This document shows positions 56,033 to 64,000 of a stretch of 64,000 nt of DNA, in pieces; within the stretch, counting starts at the first letter, position 1, and each line of letters starts with the position of its first letter. The position numbers and the translations under genes are program-made. A model generated the notes under the pieces. The model was given only the letters and a program-made list of their open reading frames with translations, had not been told where the DNA came from and did no database searches. Origin of the DNA: a virus (lineage: Duplodnaviria; Caudoviricetes); IMG/VR virus record IMGVR_UViG_2895532408_000002, positions 11,952 to 75,951 of that record, one strand, 5' to 3'.

Positions 56033-59000
56033 GTGACGCGAAGCGTATTTAAAGGCCGTGGTGGTGGGGGTGGACCCTCTAACGCTGCGGACAACTTATT
56101 TTCCACCGACGCATTTGAATTCGTCCTCGGGATTTCCGAAGGGCCAATCGGCGGCGTCGTGGGGGATACCCCAGAAGAAAAACTTCAAAATATCTTTATA
56201 GACGATACCCCTGTCTTTAACAGTATTAATGAAACCAACTTTGATAACGCCAGCTTAATGCTGCGTTTCGAACAAGGCACATTGATATCTGCTAAAGACG
56301 ACCCTGAAGAAGGACAAACGCCTATTTGGTTTGGCCTTGGGGGAAAGAATGTCATTCAATCTGTTTCTGCTCTGCTTACTTATCAGGCTCCGGTTACTCG
56401 AACTACGGTGCAGACTGTTTCAGGTTTTGATGAAATAGAGCTTCGCTTTACCGTTTCTCAGCTTGTTAGATATACCGATGATGGGTCTAAGACTCATAGC
56501 GTGCGTTTTCTTATTGAGTATAAAAACCTTTTAGATAGTGCTTGGCTTTCTAGGAACCTAACCATAACGGGTAAAACCACGGTAAGCCCGTTCGTTAGGG
56601 TTTACAATATTCGATTCCCTCGCACAAAGCCTGAAGACCAGTTCGAGATTCGAGTCACACGTTTGACTGAAGATTCGAACGAAGAAGACGTAGCCGAGGT
56701 AGCTTGGACCAGCTATGAATTGCTCACTAAGTCTGGGGATGCCTACACCGAAAATGGTGTTGAATATGACGACCCAGACTTAGAATATCACCCTGGGCTT
56801 GCCATGATGCACGTTGTAGGGGTATTGGGCCAGCAGCTCACCAAAATCCCCACCGTGAGCGCAAACTACGACGGTATAAAATGCGCGGTACCCTCTAACT
56901 ATGATCCTAAAACCAAGACGTATGAAGAAAGCTCTGCGTGGGATGGTCAGTTTCAAGCCGAAAAACACACTACCGATAATCCTTTTTGGATAGCTCACGA
57001 GCTGGTTACAAACCCTATATGGGGGATCGTAAAGGCTAACCCTCGCGTAAAGATAAATCGTTACAACGTTTACCGCATGGCTAAGTATGCGGATGGTTAT
57101 GATTTAAAAACTAATGAAAAGAATCTTACCAATCCTATTACCGGCCAAGACAACGCACCACGGTATACTTTTAATTCCGTGCTAACTGACCCGCAAAATG
57201 GGTGGGATGTACTTAGGTATGTTTTGGGTAGTGCTTTTGCTAGGCCAATAGAGCAAGACACGGGCGAAATAAAGTTTATTGCTGATTTACCCGACTTACC
57301 GGTTGCGTGGGTAACCCCTGAAATGTGTTTCAGCCAAACAGGTACCTCGCCCTTCTCGTACAACTTTTCGGCCTTATCCGAGCGTCACAATGCGGTTACT
57401 TCCAGCTATATTGACGCATCTTTAGATTATCAACAGCAATACGTCGCTGAGATTCGTGATGAAGAGTCTATTTTAAAATACGGCCTCAACACACATGAAT
57501 TTGATGCTAAAGGGGCTACGGATATCTGGGAAGTAAAACGCCGTATGACGTTTTATATCTCTTCGGTGACCACAGAAGTAAGAACCGTTTCGTTCTCCGC
57601 TCCGCAATTGGGGATGGAGTTCGAACCTATGGATATCATCAATATAGTTGATCCTGAAACGGGTCATGCTTATTCAGGCCGTGCTGTAAAACTAGAAAAT
57701 AAAGCTGTAACACTTCGAGACCCTGTTTATTTTGATGAGGCCGGTACCTACAACGTTAAGGTGATGGGGAAGTTCGAGAACTTCGACTTCACCATGGATG
57801 TGCTTTCTTCCGACGTTGCAAAACCTATCTATAGGTTAAAGCTAAAACAACCAATGCCGGACCTTACGCTTTTCAATAAATATGCACCAGTTGTCGTTTC
57901 TGCTTCTAGGAACGGCCAGCTAGTAGGCCTACCGAAGCCATGGCGCATTATCAGCATTAACGAAAATGATAGTATCCCCGAGCTTTACGATTTCTTTTGC
58001 CAAGAGGTAAACCTGAATAAACATGGGGATGCTGACAATCTAATTATTTCGGAAGCTCCTAAATACTCGTTTCTTCTTCGCCCTCAAGTTCGCAAGGTTA
58101 AGAACCTTCGGGTCGTTGATGAAGAGCATATTCAGGTACGCGGGATTGAACAAATAAACCTTTGGATAGGGTGGGAGCTAGAGGCCCCATTACCCCCTGG
58201 CGGTTATTTCGAAGTGCGTATCACGGAACAATCTGTTAATGGCCGAGAGTACACCACCAAAACGAACAACCTTTATTTTGAAATTCAGAACGTAAAACTG
58301 GGGGATATCAAAATAGAGGTTCGAAGCGCTCACGGTGAAACCGCAAGCCCATGGGAAGTGCTAGAGTGGTCTACGAATATGGTATCGGCCAATGACCTTA
58401 GAGACGCCGGTATTGTCCCTGAAATCGCTATTAAGTATGAGAACTACGCCTTAACGATAGACAGTACCGTAATGTTTGATTTCGGGTCTACGCAAGTTAA
58501 TCGCGTTAACCTTCTTGAGACAAACGGCGTCGTGGGTATTCAGTTTAAAATATATGACGATGTTGACCCTGAGAACCGCGTACACCTTCTTACCAAAACT
58601 GCTCGGTCCTCTTTAATAATACCAAAGAGCGAATTTGAAGTTGCCGCTTCAGAGAATGATGTGGAATTGCCTTCAGATTTGTATATCACGGCGAGGGTTA
58701 TTGATTTGGTCGGGGACTTTTACCCAGACCTATTCCAGAGCCCTTTAGTTTATCAAGTAAGTAACCCTGCTTCAGAGATAGAGAATTTAACGTACCAGTA
58801 CGTTTTCTCAGACGAGGACCCGCACTTGGTAATGTGGGACGACAATAACTACGGGTATGAAGTGACGCTTTATAAGCCCGATGGTCGAAGCGTTATCTCG
58901 CATTACACTATTTATGACAGTAGCCAAGTTTTCGGATTCCTACGAGCGGCAGAGAACTATGTCGTAAAAGTAAAAGGTTTCACCAATACCCTTAAGTACG

Positions 59001-60601
59001 GTAAGCCTAAAACGTTAACCTTTACGGTTACCGCGCCCCCAACACCACCAGAAGAGCCTACTATAACCAACGAAGGCGGCATTATTACGCTTACGCCACC
59101 AAAGGTAGATAAGACCACGAGTTACTATGAGTTTAAATATCATGGTGAGAACGTGATCACGGAAGCGAAGGACTACTCCAACGGCAGCACGATTACGCTT
59201 TACTCGTCTGCAGAAGGGCAAGAATTCAATATCTGGTACCGCTTGGCGTCAAAAGAGGGGTTTGGTGCGTGGGTTCATGAGGTTGTTATAGCAACAGAAG
59301 CTTTTCAAGTTGATGTAGACGGTGTGCTTGACCAAGTGCTTAACTACGAAGGCCCAGATTGGGGTAAATCACTCAGCGATAGTATCACTCAGATGCTTGC
59401 AGATATGACCGTCTGGGACGAGAGAACCACGGCCCTAGGTGAAACTTACGAAAACCTTATCCTAACCCAGTCGAGCCTTGATGATGCGAACAAGATAACG
59501 CATTTAGACGTTATAGCTTTGCGCGGTAAGGTTGGGGATAAAAGCGTTCAGACCCAGATTGTCGAAAACAATATTGTTCAGATTGGTTACGAGGATGATA
59601 ACGGTAATTGGATAATGGGTGCGCCTCTGGCCCGAGCCTTCAACGAATTAAAAGTGGTAAACACCGCAGGGGATTCCGTCTCGGTAGTGAGCTATATGCA
59701 AGCGCTAGAGAACGCTATTGGGGGACTCGAGGCAAGCTTCACGCTTGGGGTAGTTGATGAGACACAAAGCTTTACGGGCCTAGAGATAAAAGGCGGGAGT
59801 GGGGTTAGCGCGATTAAGCTCTATATGGATAACCTAACGTTCGCGAATAAAGCTGGAAAGGATTTCTTTACCTACGATTCATCGTCTCAAAAGCTAGTTA
59901 TGACCGCAGACGTTGAGGTTAGAGGGACGTTAGTTTCAACGCGAAAAGTTACTATAACTGAATTCGTTATGGAGATTGAAGACCCTGAGGGTTTCGGCCC
60001 CGACAATCTCTGGATATGGAAAGGCCCCCCAATCCTTAATGGGGCAGAACCAAACTACAACGCGCTAACGAAGCAAAATGCTTCACTGGGTTGGCGCGAC
60101 CTGAATGGTAATGAATATTTTGGTGGCTCAATTACCTCCGGTGAATTAATTAATGGTGGTGACACAACATTACTAACCCTAAATCCTTCTATAGAAGTTG
60201 GCCCTTTCACAACTAACGGTAACCCTAAAACGGTTAACTGCAGTATTGGATGGCGCGGTACGTATACTGAGAATAACGCGTGCCCGACGAACCCAACTTT
60301 TGTCCCCGAAGCCACGCTTATTCTTGAGCGTAGTTTAGGTGGGGGTGGCTGGTCTGAACTCCAAAGGCAAACATTTACAGGGAATGTAACCTACACCGAA
60401 TTCGATGATTTCGAGAATGGCGTAACAACGTGTACGATTCTGGAAATTTCAGGAGGTTCGTTCACCTATACCGATACCAATACCTCACAAGGTACCTTCA
60501 TGTATCGCTTGAGAGTTATAAACCAGAGTCGAGCACTGATGACGCAATTTTTAGATAGTCAGAGGTTAAGTCTAATTAGTGTAGAGGGGCGTCCGTCATG
60601 A
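56033..60601 (+). CDS. Central tail tip / host specificity protein (gpJ-like)
   Basis: ISEGPIGG, DDTPV, IRVTR, TDNPFWI, PRYTFN, FnIII-like repeats. Confidence 0.9.
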   Translation: MTRSVFKGRGGGGGPSNAADNLFSTDAFEFVLGISEGPIGGVVGDTPEEKLQNIFIDDTPVFNSINETNFDNASLMLRFEQGTLISAKDDPEEGQTPIWFGLGGKNVIQSVSALLTYQAPVTRTTVQTVSGFDEIELRFTVSQLVRYTDDGSKTHSVRFLIEYKNLLDSAWLSRNLTITGKTTVSPFVRVYNIRFPRTKPEDQFEIRVTRLTEDSNEEDVAEVAWTSYELLTKSGDAYTENGVEYDDPDLEYHPGLAMMHVVGVLGQQLTKIPTVSANYDGIKCAVPSNYDPKTKTYEESSAWDGQFQAEKHTTDNPFWIAHELVTNPIWGIVKANPRVKINRYNVYRMAKYADGYDLKTNEKNLTNPITGQDNAPRYTFNSVLTDPQNGWDVLRYVLGSAFARPIEQDTGEIKFIADLPDLPVAWVTPEMCFSQTGTSPFSYNFSALSERHNAVTSSYIDASLDYQQQYVAEIRDEESILKYGLNTHEFDAKGATDIWEVKRRMTFYISSVTTEVRTVSFSAPQLGMEFEPMDIINIVDPETGHAYSGRAVKLENKAVTLRDPVYFDEAGTYNVKVMGKFENFDFTMDVLSSDVAKPIYRLKLKQPMPDLTLFNKYAPVVVSASRNGQLVGLPKPWRIISINENDSIPELYDFFCQEVNLNKHGDADNLIISEAPKYSFLLRPQVRKVKNLRVVDEEHIQVRGIEQINLWIGWELEAPLPPGGYFEVRITEQSVNGREYTTKTNNLYFEIQNVKLGDIKIEVRSAHGETASPWEVLEWSTNMVSANDLRDAGIVPEIAIKYENYALTIDSTVMFDFGSTQVNRVNLLETNGVVGIQFKIYDDVDPENRVHLLTKTARSSLIIPKSEFEVAASENDVELPSDLYITARVIDLVGDFYPDLFQSPLVYQVSNPASEIENLTYQYVFSDEDPHLVMWDDNNYGYEVTLYKPDGRSVISHYTIYDSSQVFGFLRAAENYVVKVKGFTNTLKYGKPKTLTFTVTAPPTPPEEPTITNEGGIITLTPPKVDKTTSYYEFKYHGENVITEAKDYSNGSTITLYSSAEGQEFNIWYRLASKEGFGAWVHEVVIATEAFQVDVDGVLDQVLNYEGPDWGKSLSDSITQMLADMTVWDERTTALGETYENLILTQSSLDDANKITHLDVIALRGKVGDKSVQTQIVENNIVQIGYEDDNGNWIMGAPLARAFNELKVVNTAGDSVSVVSYMQALENAIGGLEASFTLGVVDETQSFTGLEIKGGSGVSAIKLYMDNLTFANKAGKDFFTYDSSSQKLVMTADVEVRGTLVSTRKVTITEFVMEIEDPEGFGPDNLWIWKGPPILNGAEPNYNALTKQNASLGWRDLNGNEYFGGSITSGELINGGDTTLLTLNPSIEVGPFTTNGNPKTVNCSIGWRGTYTENNACPTNPTFVPEATLILERSLGGGGWSELQRQTFTGNVTYTEFDDFENGVTTCTILEISGGSFTYTDTNTSQGTFMYRLRVINQSRALMTQFLDSQRLSLISVEGRPS

Positions 60602-61890
60602 GTTATATTCGAGATTTCACTTCGGTAACGGTAAACCAGAATGAATCTGTTGTTCAGATCAACGCTGGCGAATCTAACTTCTCCGTAAAAGAAAACAGCC
60701 AGCTCTTTATCGAGGGGTATACCGTGCCGGTCACAGTGTTAGAAAGTGATTCTAACGCTAGAACCTTGACCCTAACTAAGCCATGGCCACATGCTAACGT
60801 TGATGGTGTCGCTGCTCGGGTAATACCTCTAGGGGACCCTGATACTTACCTCTCCGCAGTAGAGGCGAACCGTTTGGCGTACCAAACCTTAATTGATTCG
60901 ATTGATAACCCTGCGGGGCCACTACAAGCGGCGATAGAGCAAGCTATTGTTTACTTGAATACTCAAGTAGCTGAAAGCCCACCGGTACGCCAGAACCCAA
61001 GTCTTACACACATTCTTAGCGATTACCCAACGCTTAAAAAGACCGTTGATATCCCTACGCAGTCACCAAATAACAGGCGTGAAATGTTGTTTGATGACGC
61101 TAGACAAGTGGCCTACGTAGCGTTGACAGAAAAATGGTTGAGAATACCGAACGCGATTGCTACCCGAAAATTCATGGTAGTGAAGCTGGGTAAATATCTT
61201 AGGTTTAATTCTGCTTTTACGGGCGATGTAAGATTAACGGTCTACCCTATGGGTAGTGGTGGCACTGGTTTACCTACGAGCCCAGCGCTAGCGGATTATC
61301 AGTGGCATACAGTAACTTTTAATGTGACGGACCTTTGGACGATTGGCCGCGATAACGGTAACTACTTTGAAGGCATCATTGATTTTGTAGAGTTGACCAC
61401 GGCCAGTAGTAATAACTGGGAACGCTTAGATTCTGAAAAATCTAAGTTTTATTCATTAAACGCGTATTTTGATAACGATTTCAGCACAGCCAAGAGCCCG
61501 TTTGAAACATTTGAACTTCGTCAAGATGGTTACTGGTACAGCCAAGATATTACGCCTGACGCACCACACACAATAGGCCCAAGTTGGACCCAAGACGCTA
61601 ACGACCCGCGATTATATTACGCAAATAACGTAAGCGATGGCAATGACGGTGTAAGGTTATTTGGTGACGCTTACGATAACTACGAGGTTGAAATAATCGT
61701 CGTTGCAGATATCAGCCGCCCTTTGGCCTTAACGTCTTCAAACGAAGCGAGTTTAACGGTTAATTACAGCGGAACCGAGCGCTTTATTTGTGATAGTCGG
61801 CTATTTCTCAAAAGAACAAACTCAGCATTGCCGGTAACCGGTCAAATCCGCATCGAATCAATCAGAATAAGAGTGCCCGACAATGGATAG
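60598..61890 (+). CDS. Tail fibre / receptor-binding protein
   Basis: Follows gpJ; LTLTKPW N-terminal motif; beta-rich C-terminus. Confidence 0.65.
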   Translation: MSYIRDFTSVTVNQNESVVQINAGESNFSVKENSQLFIEGYTVPVTVLESDSNARTLTLTKPWPHANVDGVAARVIPLGDPDTYLSAVEANRLAYQTLIDSIDNPAGPLQAAIEQAIVYLNTQVAESPPVRQNPSLTHILSDYPTLKKTVDIPTQSPNNRREMLFDDARQVAYVALTEKWLRIPNAIATRKFMVVKLGKYLRFNSAFTGDVRLTVYPMGSGGTGLPTSPALADYQWHTVTFNVTDLWTIGRDNGNYFEGIIDFVELTTASSNNWERLDSEKSKFYSLNAYFDNDFSTAKSPFETFELRQDGYWYSQDITPDAPHTIGPSWTQDANDPRLYYANNVSDGNDGVRLFGDAYDNYEVEIIVVADISRPLALTSSNEASLTVNYSGTERFICDSRLFLKRTNSALPVTGQIRIESIRIRVPDNG

Positions 61891-64000
61891 ATTATTTGGT
61901 TTTACTACTCCTGCATCGTGGACCGATGGCGAAAGCTGGGATGATTGCAACTCTGTGCAAGCTTTTAATGAGGTTTTTCACCGCATTTACAGCACGAGTT
62001 CAGAAGAAGATCCTGATTATCGAATTGAGGCTGGCGATAATTTTTTAATAGGCGCGGATAAAAATCAAATTCGCGACTGGCACCCCATCCGCGATCCTTG
62101 GTTATTAGACATAGACGGTAAGCAAACTGCGCCTTTTTCTATTTACTTTGGCATTCAAAAAGGTGTGTCTGATATAGATACAAACCTTGAAAATCACTCA
62201 CCGTACATATCAGGTAATGAAAATTCGTTGTTCGATATTAGTGCCGATTACTACCATATTTTTGGCTTGAAAATGAAAGACTCTGATACCGCTATCACTC
62301 TTTCAGCGCAAGTGAGAGGTATTGAAATCCACGGTGCGGTGCTAATCAACACGCCACTGATAAAGACCGAGGGCTACCAGATGATTGATTGGATAATCCG
62401 CAATATCACGTTCATTGGTGTGTTAGCTAAAGTGTTAGACATACCGCTAGCTTCTAGCAATGTCTCACTTCAAGATATTCATTCGACTGGCCAAGGTGAT
62501 TGTGGTTTGGCGGTAGGTGCAGGGCATAGTGACGTAGAAGTTATAGCGCTTACCATTGATAACGAGTATCACCAGTACGATGAAGACAAAACCCTTTACC
62601 ACGGCGTAGTTTTTGAAGCTGGTAGCAAAGCAAGAGTTCGCTATAACACTATTAACGGCTTTAGTGGTAATGCGTTTATTTTTAACTGCGAAGTCGATGT
62701 AAAAGGATTAGTGTCAGATAAGTGCGGGGCGGGTATTTACTTCGGTAAGCATTCCACTGGCCGTGATTGCATGATCACATTTTTGCGCCAAATAGAAGGT
62801 GATAGCTACGCGTATTACTTCGCTGAAGGCGGGGAGTTGAACAATTGCGGTTGCAACCTAGATGAAACCGGTGGCTTAGGTATATTTGTCGTAGAGTCGG
62901 GAACGCTCACTATCAATGGGGGGGATTACCAGGCACGATTACCACTTCCAGCTATCTACGCTAGAGGCGCTTGCACCGTAGCTCTAAATAACGTAACTAT
63001 TAACGGTGTTCTATATAACGAAACGCTGGATTTTGTTAAAGGTGAAGCATGGAGAGGCCAGAAGGCCGTAGTTACGCTTGACCCTCTACCTGTTTACGCA
63101 AACAAAACACTTCGTACTCCTTACATGCACATTCCTAAAATTGCCGAAGCAGTCAGCGTTCAAGGTTCGTCCACGCCATTTAGTTCTTATATTGAACTAG
63201 AAAGCGGAGCAAGGTTACTGGTCAAGAAAGAAGGGGCTGTTTGCTATATGCCTCTTGATGCGTGGTTAGGCATTGACGCACCAGTTGTCGATTCATTCCG
63301 CTATTCAACAGAAACCGAAATATTCGTACATCAGTTTACGATTTACCCTTCGCCAGAAGTAAGCGCATTGGTGATTGACCCTAGCGAGTTTGATAATTCA
63401 TTAACTGCTAATTACGCGTTTGAAGAAAATGAGGTGTACCAAGTATCGCTTAAAATCAGTGAACTAGAATCAGGTTCTGTTACTCCTTCTATCGGAAGTG
63501 CCAGCGGTCAATACTCACACTCAATTGAAGGCACTGAAGTATGGTTAATTCGTGCGCCAGCTAATGCTTCACAAATTACAATTAACACTAACGGCTTCAG
63601 TGGAAATATTTCAAACGTTTACGTTAGGAAACTCCTTCGCACCGAAACGCCAGCCGTGCCTACATTGAGCGCTGAAGTAAACGGCAGCGATGTAACGCTA
63701 GATTTTGAAGTGTTACCCGTTGAACGTATACGAGATACTGTTACAGCAGACGTAGTGCGTACTGGTGTTTTAGACCAAAACAGCGAAGATGGTTATCGTT
63801 CTTCAGACAATACCAAGCATTACCGATTCGATAATGTGTCTGTATCTGGCAAGCGTAACGGCATTACGCTGCGCGGCTCTGAGTCGCTTGAAGTTTATCG
63901 CATGTCATTTACTGGGGGCTACCCTATCGATGGTGTAAACGCTAAATGGCAAGTTGGTATCGTTAGTGAACTAAACAGTGGGCCGTTCACAAAAATCCAG
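61883..64000 (+). CDS. Tailspike-like protein with probable beta-helix (runs off window)
   Basis: ATG 61883 overlapping previous stop; MDRLFGFTTPASWTDGESWD...; frame open where checked; beta-helix-like periodicity. Confidence 0.65.
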   Translation, partial: MDRLFGFTTPASWTDGESWDDCNSVQAFNEVFHRIYSTSSEEDPDYRIEAGDNFLIGADKNQIRDWHPIRDPWLLDIDGKQTAPFSIYFGIQKGVSDIDTNLENHSPYISGNENSLFDISADYYHIFGLKMKDSDTAITLSAQVRGIEIHGAVLINTPLIKTEGYQMIDWIIRNITFIGVLAKVLDIPLASSNVSLQDIHSTGQGDCGLAVGAGHSDVEVIALTIDNEYHQYDEDKTLYHGVVFEAGSKARVRYNTINGFSGNAFIFNCEVDVKGLVSDKCGAGIYFGKHSTGRDCMITFLRQIEGDSYAYYFAEGGELNNCGCNLDETGGLGIFVVESGTLTINGGDYQARLPLPAIYARGACTVALNNVTINGVLYNETLDFVKGEAWRGQKAVVTLDPLPVYANKTLRTPYMHIPKIAEAVSVQGSSTPFSSYIELESGARLLVKKEGAVCYMPLDAWLGIDAPVVDSFRYSTETEIFVHQFTIYPSPEVSALVIDPSEFDNSLTANYAFEENEVYQVSLKISELESGSVTPSIGSASGQYSHSIEGTEVWLIRAPANASQITINTNGFSGNISNVYVRKLLRTETPAVPTLSAEVNGSDVTLDFEVLPVERIRDTVTADVVRTGVLDQNSEDGYRSSDNTKHYRFDNVSVSGKRNGITLRGSESLEVYRMSFTGGYPIDGVNAKWQVGIVSELNSGPFTKIQ

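Noticed and set aside
1-64000. Integrase, lysis cassette, tRNA genes, RNA polymerase
   Set aside because: None recognised in this window, so a temperate lifestyle is inferred, not shown

Overview
A 64-kb piece of a tailed dsDNA phage genome (siphovirus with a lambda-like tail tip). Sigma70-type promoters and the gene content suggest a Gammaproteobacterial host (inference). The minus-strand left half holds replication genes (PolA-type polymerase, RdgC, 5'-3' exonuclease, SF2 helicase, ATP-dependent ligase). It also holds a ~17-kb early/accessory array (two of the window's three DNA methyltransferases, DndB/DGQHR, PAPS-reductase-like, DUF3560, RNase H, RadC), followed by a non-coding control region and a D5/P4-type primase-helicase. 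The plus-strand right half runs from terminase, portal, protease and capsid through tail and tape measure to the tail tip and fibres. The main signal is regulatory. About 38 translation-initiation regions on both arms share the motif GGA(A/G)ATTGACGAT(G/A). An unannotated ~78-nt RNA at 53801-53878, with its own sigma70 promoter and intrinsic terminator, carries the exact antisense. Nearly all target variants are G-U-wobble compatible, pointing to a genome-wide sRNA translational switch. Linked candidates: a possible sponge RNA (33337-33535), five CACA-N7-TGTG operators (one on the sRNA -35), an XRE + membrane protein + secreted 50-aa peptide cassette (possible signalling module), and 13 G5-7/C5-7 hairpin cassette elements. 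No integrase, lysis genes, tRNA or CRISPR array were seen. All calls come from reading the sequence by eye.
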